64,000 nucleotides of DNA, taken from assembly GCA_002335385.1 (NCBI GenBank), contig DCVK01000021.1, forward strand, positions 137,635 through 201,634, written 5' to 3'. The position numbers were made by a program, and so were the translations under genes. The DNA is from Candidatus Aminicenantes bacterium UBA2190 (GTDB taxonomy: Bacteria; Acidobacteriota; Aminicenantia; UBA2199). This document shows positions 28,830 through 39,740 of this stretch, in pieces (positions within the stretch are counted from its first letter, which is position 1; every line of letters begins with the position of its first letter). The notes under the pieces are model-generated. The model searched no databases. It was not told where the DNA came from and saw nothing but the letters and a program-made list of their open reading frames with translations.

Positions 28830-29033
28830 ATGAAGATCACCTTGAACAACAGCGAGGTCAGCATGGCGGGCGAGTCGTTCAGCGTCCGCGAGCTGCTGGC
28901 CCTGATGAAATTCACCTTCCCGATGATCGTGGTCAAGATCAACGGCCGCCTGGTCAGGAAAGAGGACTACGAGAGGGTCTTCGTCGGCGACGGCGACAAC
29001 GTCGAGGCCATCCACCTGATCTCAGGGGGCTGA
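28830..29033 (+). CDS. thiS: ThiS-like sulfur-carrier protein
   Basis: 67 aa, beta-grasp, ending in ...ISGG (C-terminal Gly-Gly). AGGAACGAGGA RBS. Confidence 0.75.
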   Translation: MKITLNNSEVSMAGESFSVRELLALMKFTFPMIVVKINGRLVRKEDYERVFVGDGDNVEAIHLISGG

Positions 29034-29054
29034 TCAGGACTCAAGCGGACCTTC

Positions 29055-29243
29055 GTGACGCGTAACACGTGACGCGTAACGCGGAAGAAATCAAATTCCA
29101 AATCACAAGCACCAAATTCCAAATAAATCTCAATTTCCAAATTCCAATGACCCAAACGAAGGCCCCTTTGGATTCATTTCTTTGTTTTGGTCATTGGTGC
29201 TTGGAGCTTGTTTGTTATTTGGTGCTTGGAATTTGGTGCTTTA
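29055..29243. repeat. heptamer module CGTGACG/CGTAACA plus a ~155-bp imperfect hairpin built from ACCAAAT/TCCAAAT tandem units (B-type, copy 1)
   Basis: Left arm ...CAATTTCCAAATTCCAATGACCCAAACGAAGGCCCCTTTGG, loop, right arm TTTCTTTGTTTTGGTCATTGGTGCTTGG...TTGGAATTTGGTG. Lies at the convergent junction of thiS and the YkgJ gene. Confidence 0.65.
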
Positions 29244-29275
29244 GTCCAACCTGACTGTCGAGTTTAGTGACTCCT

Positions 29276-29707
29276 TCAACGGAACTGGTCCTGGGCTTTT
29301 CTCCAGCGCGAAATAAAAAAAGCCTCGACATCCTTTTCTTTATAGGGCCGGCCGAGGAATGTGTGCCGGCAGCCCATGTAGGCGGCGCACTCGAAAGGCT
29401 TGACTTCGTGGATGAGGCATTGCCCCTGCGCGGAGAGGAAGACACAGCGGCCTGCCTCATCGGCATAGTAATCGGGGACGACGGAGCCTGGCGCGGCCAG
29501 GAAGTGCGCTGCCTTGATCTTGGCCGGGGCCAGGAATTGGACATGGCTGTCCCTGCCCTTGGCCGGGATGCGCACCAGGAAGCGCCGGCAGAGCTCCGCT
29601 TCGCCGATTTTCTTGAAGGCGGCGATCTTCCTCACGTCGGCGGGGACCAGCCGGCCGGGATCGCGGCGGCAGGCGCTGACGCATTGTTCGCAGGCGCAGG
29701 CCTCCAT
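29276..29707 (-). CDS. Cys-rich YkgJ/UPF0153-family putative Fe-S/zinc-binding protein
   Basis: N-terminal CACEQCVSAC cluster plus C...C...C in the C-terminal half (CVFL...CLIHEVKPFEC). Confidence 0.55.
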   Translation of the reverse strand: MEACACEQCVSACRRDPGRLVPADVRKIAAFKKIGEAELCRRFLVRIPAKGRDSHVQFLAPAKIKAAHFLAAPGSVVPDYYADEAGRCVFLSAQGQCLIHEVKPFECAAYMGCRHTFLGRPYKEKDVEAFFISRWRKAQDQFR

Positions 29708-29708
29708 G

Positions 29709-30605
29709 TCAGCCCCGCCTTGCCGTTTCGGGGTCCAATTGGCGCCGCAACCCCAGGATCGTGTCCAGCTGGCGGCTTGCCGCCTGCTCGCCGCGGCGGA
29801 TGATCTCGGCCGGGCGATAGAACTCGAACATTCTGAAATCCGCGGTATCGACGTGGATGGTCACGTCGGGAGCGTCACTGCGCAGGCGCGACATGACCAG
29901 CTTCTCCTGCATGACCTCGATGGTGGCCAGGATGGTCTCGACCAGATTGGGCTCCTTGCCGGCGCCGCCGCTGAGCAATTTGCGGCTGAAGAAGTCGTCG
30001 AGGCGGGCGATCAGCGGTTTTTCCTTTCCCGGGCGCTCGGGAGACCGGGTCCGCTCCAGCAGCGGCGAAATGACGTTGACGGCGATGGTGAAGGCGGCGC
30101 CGTTCTTTTTCAGCGTGTCGACCGGCACGGGATTGACCAGGCCGCCGTCGACCAGGAAGCGGCCCTCCCAGGAGACGGGCTTGAAGATGACCGGCACGGA
30201 AATGGAGGCGCGCACGGCCCGCGCCAGGCTGCCGTGATCGAGCACGACCTCGATGCCGCGGCGGATATCGGTGGCGATGCAGAAGTACGGTACGTCCAGG
30301 CTCTCAATGGCGGCAGTTCCCAGCGTGTCGTCCAGGAATCCCCGGATGCGCTTCTCCGAAACCAGCCCCGAGCTGCTGGGACGCGCCGCCAGGTATCGGG
30401 AGAGGTTGGCGTCCTCGAACCCCAGTGCGAACTCCTCCACGGTGTGGATATCGCCCTTCAGGCAATACAGGGCGCCGACCAGGGCGCCGATGCTGGTGCC
30501 GGCGACCACCTCCGGGACGATGCCGTGCTGCAGCAGCACTTTGAGCACGCCGATATGGGCCAGCCCCTTGGCACCTCCGCCGCCCAGCGCGATGCCCGTC
30601 GTCAT
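29709..30605 (-). CDS. patatin-like phospholipase
   Basis: GGGAKG oxyanion motif, GTSIG nucleophile elbow, and DGG catalytic Asp. ATGA-type overlap with the upstream dipeptidase gene. The ORF track's extension to 30893 lies in the dipeptidase region and is spurious. Confidence 0.85.
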   Translation of the reverse strand: MTTGIALGGGGAKGLAHIGVLKVLLQHGIVPEVVAGTSIGALVGALYCLKGDIHTVEEFALGFEDANLSRYLAARPSSSGLVSEKRIRGFLDDTLGTAAIESLDVPYFCIATDIRRGIEVVLDHGSLARAVRASISVPVIFKPVSWEGRFLVDGGLVNPVPVDTLKKNGAAFTIAVNVISPLLERTRSPERPGKEKPLIARLDDFFSRKLLSGGAGKEPNLVETILATIEVMQEKLVMSRLRSDAPDVTIHVDTADFRMFEFYRPAEIIRRGEQAASRQLDTILGLRRQLDPETARRG

Positions 30606-31723
30606 CGCCCGTTTCCCGCCCGCGCCACCCGACGCAGGAAGTGCCTCAGGTTCAGGCCGCAGACCCGGCGCACTTCGCCGGCGCGGAACCCCCGCCGGCG
30701 CAGTCCCGCCGCCAGGGCGGGATAATGGGCGGCGTTCCTCAAGTCGGCGGGGGTGGAGGCGATGCCGTCGAAGTCGCTGCCCAGGCCGACGCAGCCGATG
30801 CCGCCGAGCGCGGCGATATGCACGACATGGTCGATCAGGTCGTCCAGGAATACCCGGTTGTTGCCCTGCACCGCCTTCTGGAAGTACTCCCACTCGAGGT
30901 CACTGAGGAGTTTCGGGTCGTCCTCCTTCCCGCGGGAACGGGCCTTGATCTCCCTGGCGTGCCGGGCGAAATTCTCCTCGATCTGCTCGTAGACGCGGCG
31001 GCGAATGAAGGCCGGGTGGAAATTGACGCCGATGAAGCCGCCGCCGGCAGCGATGGCGCGGACCAGGTCGTCGGGCAGGTTGCGCGGCACGTCGCACAGG
31101 CTGCGGGCATTGGAGTGCGAGGCCAGCAGGGGAGCGTTTACCGACCGCAGCACGGCGCGCGTTGTGGCGTCGGAGACGTGCGAAACGTCGATGGCCATCC
31201 CCGTTCGCTCCATCTCCCGGACGATGCGCTTGCCCAGGGCGCTTAATCCCCGCAGGCGCGGGACGTCGGTGGAGGAATCGGCCCAATCGTTGTTCCGACC
31301 GTGGGTTAGGGTCATGCCGCGCACGCCGAGGGAACGGAACACGGCGAGGACCTCCAGGGAGTTCTCGAGCGCATGCCCCCCTTCCAGGAAGACCCAGGCG
31401 GCCAGGCGCCCGGCCGCGACCGCCTGGTCCATCCCGGCCACCGATACGACCTTGACGGCAAGTCCCGGTGCGAAAACCTTCGTTTCGAGCGCCTGCAGCA
31501 CCTCCAGGCCGCGCTTCAGGGCGCGGTGCGGGGCGAAGAGCGGATCGACCCAGACGGCGAAGACCTGCGCCTTGAGCCCTCCCTTCCGGGCCTTGCCCAG
31601 GTCGATGTGGGCGGGGCTGCGGCGGAATCCCCAGGCCTTGTCGGCCAAAACGGTGGCCGTGTCGCAATGGGCGTCAAAGACGAACAGGTCCTGCGCTTCG
31701 CCGGCATTTGCCTTGTTTCTCAT
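30602..31723 (-). CDS. membrane (renal-type) dipeptidase, peptidase M19
   Basis: FDAHCDT, SHSNARSL, and GLGSDFDG metal-ligand motifs. Confidence 0.85.
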   Translation of the reverse strand: MRNKANAGEAQDLFVFDAHCDTATVLADKAWGFRRSPAHIDLGKARKGGLKAQVFAVWVDPLFAPHRALKRGLEVLQALETKVFAPGLAVKVVSVAGMDQAVAAGRLAAWVFLEGGHALENSLEVLAVFRSLGVRGMTLTHGRNNDWADSSTDVPRLRGLSALGKRIVREMERTGMAIDVSHVSDATTRAVLRSVNAPLLASHSNARSLCDVPRNLPDDLVRAIAAGGGFIGVNFHPAFIRRRVYEQIEENFARHAREIKARSRGKEDDPKLLSDLEWEYFQKAVQGNNRVFLDDLIDHVVHIAALGGIGCVGLGSDFDGIASTPADLRNAAHYPALAAGLRRRGFRAGEVRRVCGLNLRHFLRRVARAGNGR

Positions 31724-31876
31724 GCCGGGATTCTATACCAATTCGCCGCCGCGCGAAAGGAGGGATGCTGTCTCCGCCTGGAAGCGGGTCGGGAAAAGCG
31801 CGCTCGCAGGCGAAAAACGCTGCGGTTCATTGACAAACTTTCGCTTTTACATATAATACCTAATGGTGAGGGAATA

Positions 31877-32245
31877 ATGAGCACAACGGTCCTGATCGTC
31901 ATTTTCGTGGTCGCACTGATCGTTTCCCTGGGATTCCTGCTGCTGGTCATCACCCTGGTGCCGGCCATCCAGCAGCTCAAATCGCTGCTGCTGGACCTTG
32001 AAAAAACGTCGGTTGAGGTGCGCGACCTGGCCCGCGAGGCCAAGCGCCTCGGCGCCCTCGCCGAGGACCGTCTGGAAAAGGTCGACACGGTGCTCTCGCA
32101 GTCGCGGCGGATGGTGGATAACGCCGGCGACGCCCTGCATTTCATCAACCGCAGCGTATTGCGGCGCTCGGCCGGACTGCTGGCGTTCCTGCCCGCCGTC
32201 CGCCTGGGCTGGAACCTGGTCAAGAAGATCAAAGGAGGAAAATAA
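31877..32245 (+). CDS. DUF948-family membrane protein
   Basis: N-terminal TM helix followed by a coiled-coil-like region. Immediately followed by a YtxH-like gene, a typical pairing. Confidence 0.55.
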   Translation: MSTTVLIVIFVVALIVSLGFLLLVITLVPAIQQLKSLLLDLEKTSVEVRDLAREAKRLGALAEDRLEKVDTVLSQSRRMVDNAGDALHFINRSVLRRSAGLLAFLPAVRLGWNLVKKIKGGK

Positions 32246-32515
32246 ATGAGCGAAAATACTGGCAGCAAGATGTTCTTCAGTTTCCTGACCGGAGCCGCCC
32301 TGGGCGCCGGCTTGGCCCTGTTGTTCGCCCCCCAGTCCGGCAAGGAGACGCGCAAGCAGATCAAGGATTTTTCCGACAAGCTCGGCAATGATGTCAAGGA
32401 CGAGGCCGAAAAGATCAGCAGCAGGGTCAAGTACGAGGTCGACAAGCTCGGCGACAAGGCCAAGAGCATCATCGGCGAAGCCAAGGAAACGTTCGGAAAA
32501 AAATCAAGGATCTAA
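32246..32515 (+). CDS. YtxH-domain protein
   Basis: GAALGAGLALLFAPQSGKETRK is a YtxH signature. 89 aa. Confidence 0.6.
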   Translation: MSENTGSKMFFSFLTGAALGAGLALLFAPQSGKETRKQIKDFSDKLGNDVKDEAEKISSRVKYEVDKLGDKAKSIIGEAKETFGKKSRI

Positions 32516-32645
32516 GCCGGCGGGCATTTCCCGTTTCGGGAACGGTGGATGAAGAATGGACTCGCCATGCGCAGGGATCATGCTGCCTGCGCGGGCGGTA
32601 AGCCGGAAATAGATTTTTAGCAGCCTTTCAGAGAGGTTTTTCAAC

Positions 32646-34289
<1,644 letters not shown>

Positions 34290-34311
34290 GAACAAACGGG
34301 AAAGCGGGGAC

Positions 34312-35400
34312 ATGACCTTCTGGATCATGGTCGCGGGCGCGGCCCAGGGATTCTTTCTTGCCGCCCTGCTGGCCGGCAGGGCCAGGCATGGGGCGGCGGC
34401 GAATCGCATCCTCTCCCTCCTGGTTGGGCTGATCTCGATCCGTCTGGCTGAGGCCGCGGTTGCGACACGCCTGGGCTATGGCTTCATCCCCGGCGCCATC
34501 CAGGTGACATTCCCCATTATCTTTGCTTTTGCGCCCCTTCTCTACTTCTATGTCGAGGCTCGCGGGCGGCCCGATTTTGGATTTCGCCGATGGGACTGCC
34601 TCCACTTCCTTCCCTGCGCCATGGCCACGATCTGGGTCATTGCCGCACTGTGGACCCGGGCGCCACTCGGACTGGATTCGGAGCTTGAAGCCTGGGCCGT
34701 CGACCTGCCCTGGTTCATCCAGGCCGTCGTCTATTCGACGCTGATCCTGTTGCGGCATCCCGATGCCATGAACCGCGTCCTGGATACAGACGCTTCTCCC
34801 GAGCGGGCCAATATCCGCTGGATCGGCTTCTTGACGCTGACCTTTCTGGGCATTGCCGCTCTCGTCGCCTTTCGCTTGCTGGCCCTGCTGGCCGGGATGC
34901 ATTATGCCCCAGGCCTGCGGGGCATTCTATATGCGGCCGTCGCCCTGCTGATCTATCTGTGGGGGTATCGTGGGCTGAGTCAGGCGGAGATCTTCTTCCC
35001 GACCGATGCTTCCCGTTTGCCCGGGCGAGAGGCTGGTCCTGATGAAGATGCCGGCCGCATTTCTGTCCTGCAGGTCAAGATCCTCGGCTTCATGGAAGCG
35101 GAGAAGCCCTTTCTCGATCCCGAGCTTTCCCTGCACGGCCTGGCCGCCCGGCTGCATGAGCCGCCTCATCTCATCTCGCAGATGATCAACCGCGAGTTCA
35201 ACAGCAACTTCTTCACTTTCGTCAATGGCTACCGGGTCGAGGAAGCCAAGCGCCGCCTGGCCGAGCCGGAAAGCCGGCGCATAAAGCTCCTGGCCCTCGC
35301 TCTGGACTGCGGTTTTGCCTCCAAGTCCTCGTTCAACCGGGTTTTCAAGGAGATGGCTGGAATGACGCCTTCGGAGTTCCAGCGCTTGCCGCGAAAATAA
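34312..35400 (+). CDS. AraC-family transcriptional regulator with N-terminal multi-TM sensor domain
   Basis: About 6 TM helices, then C-terminal HTH_AraC (GFASKSSFNRVFKEMAGMTPSEFQ). Confidence 0.75.
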   Translation: MTFWIMVAGAAQGFFLAALLAGRARHGAAANRILSLLVGLISIRLAEAAVATRLGYGFIPGAIQVTFPIIFAFAPLLYFYVEARGRPDFGFRRWDCLHFLPCAMATIWVIAALWTRAPLGLDSELEAWAVDLPWFIQAVVYSTLILLRHPDAMNRVLDTDASPERANIRWIGFLTLTFLGIAALVAFRLLALLAGMHYAPGLRGILYAAVALLIYLWGYRGLSQAEIFFPTDASRLPGREAGPDEDAGRISVLQVKILGFMEAEKPFLDPELSLHGLAARLHEPPHLISQMINREFNSNFFTFVNGYRVEEAKRRLAEPESRRIKLLALALDCGFASKSSFNRVFKEMAGMTPSEFQRLPRK

Positions 35401-35614
35401 CCGTAACCGACTGAGCGCATCGACCTGCCGTTCTCTGGATTTGTGACGGGGCTCATTCAGCGCAAAAGGTCCCAAAACTCATAAAGATGTCCCGGTTCGT
35501 TGATTTGGGGCGACGAATGCCGGTCCCCCGGTTATCCTGGAACCTCATCAGGAGGTTCTCCATGAACGACATTAAAAAACGCGGTGGCTCCGGGCTCTCA
35601 GCCTGGATCCAGAA

Positions 35615-36706
35615 GTGAAAGCGGTGCGCAAACTCACCCGCCGATTTTTCCTGTTCTGCAGCGTTGTCTTTGTTCTTTTGCTTGGATTGCTGGCCGTTGA
35701 TTTTGCCTTTTTACGCGGCCGAACCCCGAAAATTGCGGGATCGTCCACCAGCATCGCCTCCCTGGAACGCATCACCCTTGGTGGAGTCGAGCAATGGATT
35801 CTGATTCGCGGCTGGAGGGTTTCGGACCCGGTCGTTCTGTTCCTTCACGGCGGCCCCGGCATGCCGGCAATGTACCTGGCCCACGATTTTCAAAGGGAGC
35901 TGGAAAGGAATTTTGTCATTGTCCATTGGGATCGGCGCGGTGCCGGCAAATCGTATCGTTCGGGGGTCGACGGCGATATCAGCGTCCGCCAGACCATCGA
36001 TGATACATTTGAACTCACCCGTCTTCTCTGCCGGCGCTTGAACAAGGACCGCATTTATCTGGTCGGCCACTCCTTTGGCTCCTATTTTGGCATGCTGGCC
36101 GCCTGGGAGCACCCTGAACATTATTTGGCCTACATCGGCATGGGACAAATGACCGATGGTGCGAACGGAGCGCGTGCAATTCAAGCCCAAAGGCGATTCT
36201 TGCTGCAGAAGGGGCGTGAAGCGGGCGACGATGAACTGGTCAAAAGACTGGCGGCCCCGGGAACAAAGGCCGCCGAAAAAGACCTTTTCCGATATCGCGC
36301 TGAGCTGTTCCGCTCAACCAATTGGTGGCCGATCGCCTACTCGGGCTTGACAGCCCCCGAGTACACCCTTGCGGATATTTTGAATCTGCAGAAGGGAGTG
36401 GACATGGTGGCACGCAAGATCAAAATGCGCATGAACGCGATTCCCGGCCCTCTGGCCGAGTGCGTGAGCCAGGTACGGATCCCCGTTTACTTTTTTTTGG
36501 GCCGCCACGATTACAATACGCCCTCGCTCCTGGCCGAGGAATACTTCCATTTGCTTCAGGCGCCCTTGAAAAAGCTTGTCTGGTTCGAGAATTCGGCGCA
36601 CATGCCCTTTTTTGAAGAGCCCGAATTCTTCCGCAGGCAAATGATCGCCATGGACAGAGGAACGATGCGTTTTTGGACAGCCCAGAAAAAAAAGGCGCAC
36701 GATTGA
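35615..36706 (+). CDS. alpha/beta hydrolase (proline iminopeptidase-like), secreted or membrane-anchored
   Basis: HGGPG oxyanion motif and GHSFGS nucleophile elbow. N-terminal hydrophobic segment. GTG start. Confidence 0.75.
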   Translation: MKAVRKLTRRFFLFCSVVFVLLLGLLAVDFAFLRGRTPKIAGSSTSIASLERITLGGVEQWILIRGWRVSDPVVLFLHGGPGMPAMYLAHDFQRELERNFVIVHWDRRGAGKSYRSGVDGDISVRQTIDDTFELTRLLCRRLNKDRIYLVGHSFGSYFGMLAAWEHPEHYLAYIGMGQMTDGANGARAIQAQRRFLLQKGREAGDDELVKRLAAPGTKAAEKDLFRYRAELFRSTNWWPIAYSGLTAPEYTLADILNLQKGVDMVARKIKMRMNAIPGPLAECVSQVRIPVYFFLGRHDYNTPSLLAEEYFHLLQAPLKKLVWFENSAHMPFFEEPEFFRRQMIAMDRGTMRFWTAQKKKAHD

Positions 36707-36825
36707 TCCCGGCGCGCGCAAGAAGCATGCCCTGCGCACGTGCACCCTGGACGCCGGCCGCCTCTTCGCCGCCGCTTTTCCTGCGGCCAGCGGAAACCCG
36801 CAAAAACCCGGAGCATGACGACATC

Positions 36826-36875
36826 AAGCTTGACAATCAAAGAAAGGCCTGGTAATATGACTTTTAAGTCATATG
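36826..36875 (+). promoter_or_regulatory. promoter TTGACA-N-TAATAT with an overlapping perfect 20-bp palindromic operator, ATATGACTTTTAAGTCATAT
   Basis: The palindrome overlaps the -10 and TSS, directly upstream of the TetR gene (autoregulation typical of TetR). A half-site repeat GTCATAT follows. Confidence 0.55.
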
Positions 36876-36901
36876 ACCAACAAGTCATATTAGGGAGGAC
36901 C

Positions 36902-37516
36902 ATGCCCAAAAAGACATTTCTCAACCTCAGTGCCGCAAAAAGGCAACGGTTCGTCAAGGCAGCCCGTGCTGAATTCGCGGCCCGAAACTACGCCGCCGCC
37001 AACCTGGATGAGATCTGTCGGAAGGCGGGCATTCCCAAGGGGTCCCTGTACCAATATTTTGAAAACAAGCGGGACCTTTATGATTTCATCTCCCATCAGG
37101 CGCTGGATGAAGCCTGGCACTTGCTGGGGGCTTTCCTGGAAAAGGATCCGCCCCGAGATTGTTTTGACATGCTGGGGAAAACCTGGATGTTTTTAGAAAA
37201 AATGAAGCGCGAGGAGCCCCAGCTGCTCAACATTTACTATCGCGCAGGTTATGAGCATAAACAGGTGAATCGGCCCATCGGGGAGCATAACGATGCCTTT
37301 CTCGATCGCTTTTTATCCTGGGGAATCGGCGAAGGGATGATCGATCCCAAGCTGGACCGGGTTGCGGTCGCCTTCATGATCGACGCCGTTTCCAACCGTT
37401 TTCAGGAAGAGGTGCTCTTTCCCAGGAGGAAAAAGATGCGGGAAAAGACCCCCCCGAACGATCTGGCGATGAAACTGCTGGAATTGTTGCGCCGCGCGCT
37501 GGGCCCGTTGAAATAA
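36902..37516 (+). CDS. TetR/AcrR-family transcriptional regulator
   Basis: N-terminal HTH (ICRKAGIPKGSLYQYFENKRDLY). GGGAGG RBS. Confidence 0.85.
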   Translation: MPKKTFLNLSAAKRQRFVKAARAEFAARNYAAANLDEICRKAGIPKGSLYQYFENKRDLYDFISHQALDEAWHLLGAFLEKDPPRDCFDMLGKTWMFLEKMKREEPQLLNIYYRAGYEHKQVNRPIGEHNDAFLDRFLSWGIGEGMIDPKLDRVAVAFMIDAVSNRFQEEVLFPRRKKMREKTPPNDLAMKLLELLRRALGPLK

Positions 37517-37530
37517 AATAAGGAGGAAAA

Positions 37531-38703
37531 ATGATCCGAAAATCGATTCTTGTCTACTTGCTGTGTTTGCTCACCGTCTGCTGGATGCCTGCCGCAGAGA
37601 ACTCTTATGATTCACTGGTCAAAGCTGTCGCCGGGAATGACGCGCTGGAAGGAGAAACATTGGAATACTTTTTGCGGCTGACCCCGCCGCTGCTCCAATA
37701 CCTGGACCATGCCAGTGGAAGAAAGTTGAATAAATCACTTGCCAACGTTCATTCTGTATCCGATTTAAAGCGGGCGCTGGATCGGGAAATCGGCCCGGAT
37801 TGGATCGATTTCGGAGAAGAGCTGTTCGATTTTTTCACCCCCTGCGATTCCCTGGAAAAAAACGGTGAAGCGCGCAGCATGGAAACGGCTCATTTTATTT
37901 TATCATTTCTCACCGGCACCAGGGCGGAGCAGGACATCGATTTTCTCGCCGCCAATGCCGAGAAATCCTTTGCGGCGATCGCCGCCACGATCGGCGGTAG
38001 CCTGGAAGCACCGATGCGGTTCCTGAAAAACAGCGGGGAAGCCGGCCAGGACAAGCGAAAGATCGCTGTTTTTTTCCATGGCAACAAGCAGGCGATGCAG
38101 CAAAGGACAAAAAGCAATGGCTTGGGGATTACCAATTTTGGGGCGACCATCGACGATGAGCAGTCGGTGCGCCTCACCTGCGAGATCAACGTGGTGTACA
38201 CTAATCCCTTCGCGCTGGCGATCGTTGCTCACGAAGTGGCCCATGCCGCCCTGCTTTTGGGCAGTTTCAAGCTTGAGGCCATCCAGGGCAATAAAATTGA
38301 AGGCCAGAAGGGTTTGGCCAAGGCCTTCTTCGCCGGTTATCGCCGGATCCCGGCATTCCTCCAGGAGGGAATCGGCGACCATGCCGCGTACTACCAGGGA
38401 TTTCTGGGGAAATGGCCCCTGCTCCCCGACATCGGGCAACTGCTGCGGCCGGTCCTTGGCAGCGGTTCGTACATCCCGTTGGAACAACTGATCGACGCCC
38501 ACCCCGCGATTGTCGTGAAGAAGCACAAGTATTTTTCACTTCTGGCGGCTTCGTTCATCGATTTTCTTATTCAGGAATATGGCGTGGGGAAAATGAGGGC
38601 CTGGCTGCTGGCAGGAAATGAAAAGGGGAGGGAAACCTTTGCCTCCATTTATGGCGAAGATGTAAGGGCCGTAGAAAAAAAGTGGCTGGCGTCACTGACC
38701 TAG
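37531..38703 (+). CDS. secreted hypothetical protein with HExxH motif (putative metallopeptidase)
   Basis: Signal peptide. IVAHEVAHAALLL gives a single HEXXH. AGGAGG RBS. Likely co-transcribed with the tetR-like gene. Confidence 0.5.
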   Translation: MIRKSILVYLLCLLTVCWMPAAENSYDSLVKAVAGNDALEGETLEYFLRLTPPLLQYLDHASGRKLNKSLANVHSVSDLKRALDREIGPDWIDFGEELFDFFTPCDSLEKNGEARSMETAHFILSFLTGTRAEQDIDFLAANAEKSFAAIAATIGGSLEAPMRFLKNSGEAGQDKRKIAVFFHGNKQAMQQRTKSNGLGITNFGATIDDEQSVRLTCEINVVYTNPFALAIVAHEVAHAALLLGSFKLEAIQGNKIEGQKGLAKAFFAGYRRIPAFLQEGIGDHAAYYQGFLGKWPLLPDIGQLLRPVLGSGSYIPLEQLIDAHPAIVVKKHKYFSLLAASFIDFLIQEYGVGKMRAWLLAGNEKGRETFASIYGEDVRAVEKKWLASLT

Positions 38704-38841
38704 CATCCACGTACAATCGAGTCAGTGCAAACCAAAAGAAGGTTTTCAGGCAAGGAGGTTTCAGTGCAATAAATAGTTCCCCAAGCCGGCAGCGGTTGGT
38801 TTTTTGAGTATGAAAAACGTCTGACCTACAAGGAGGTCGCA

Positions 38842-39618
38842 GTGAAGAAATTGTTTATGGTGCTGCTGTTCATGATGGCCTGTGCGGCAAATGCAGCGGA
38901 AAGCCCTTTTAAGAAAGGTACTGCCTATTTGAATTTCAATTTCCATGTCAGCGGTAAATCCTGGACCGAAATCGGGAATCCCTCCTCTTCGGTCTTTGGG
39001 GTAACCGGGCCAAACTTGCTGCCGGGCGATTCCTTGGGAGTGGACAAGCTCGCTGTCCACAACAATCAAAGCTTTGGCAACATGGCGACGGGGGTTGCCC
39101 TGGAATACGCACTCACCAATAACCTGGGACTGGAATTTCAATATTCCAATCGCTCCAACGATTATGAGGGGGTTGCCATTGAACTGGCAAAACCCGAAGA
39201 ATCCGAATCCGGCAATGGAGTAAAACATATAGTCCTCAACCACTACTATGATGCGGGGAGATTCTCGGATCGGGTCCTTTCATTGGGGTGCAACTACCAT
39301 TTGAATTTCATCGGGATCCGCCGTCTGGATGTTTACACCGGCTTCCAGCTTGGGATCGAGGAGAAGAAATTTTCCGTCCATTCACGCTTGAAGGAAAGCG
39401 TTAAACTCGAGTTCCCGGCCATGGAGAAGGAATTTTGGATCACCCCCGTCGATTATGCGGGCAATCGGGGCCTACTGGTCTATTCTCATGTCGCCGCCGG
39501 CTTGAATTTTTTCTTCACCAAGAGGATCGCAATCAACTTACGCTCGGGCTTGAAAATCGGTTCCCAGGGATATGAATCGGAGTTTTTTGGCGGCGCCGGA
39601 TTGACTGTGAAGCTTTGA
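38842..39618 (+). CDS. hypothetical outer-membrane beta-barrel protein
   Basis: Signal peptide (cleavage ~AANA-AE) and alternating hydrophobic beta-strand pattern. Confidence 0.5.
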   Translation: MKKLFMVLLFMMACAANAAESPFKKGTAYLNFNFHVSGKSWTEIGNPSSSVFGVTGPNLLPGDSLGVDKLAVHNNQSFGNMATGVALEYALTNNLGLEFQYSNRSNDYEGVAIELAKPEESESGNGVKHIVLNHYYDAGRFSDRVLSLGCNYHLNFIGIRRLDVYTGFQLGIEEKKFSVHSRLKESVKLEFPAMEKEFWITPVDYAGNRGLLVYSHVAAGLNFFFTKRIAINLRSGLKIGSQGYESEFFGGAGLTVKL

Positions 39619-39740
39619 TCATCCAACCATGGCCGCACACCTCGTCCCCAGGCTTTAGAGTTCCTGCCGGTCAGCTAACCTGTGGATGGCAGTGATGAAT
39701 TGAGGATAGACATTCTTATGAAAACAAGAAGGAGGCTCTC

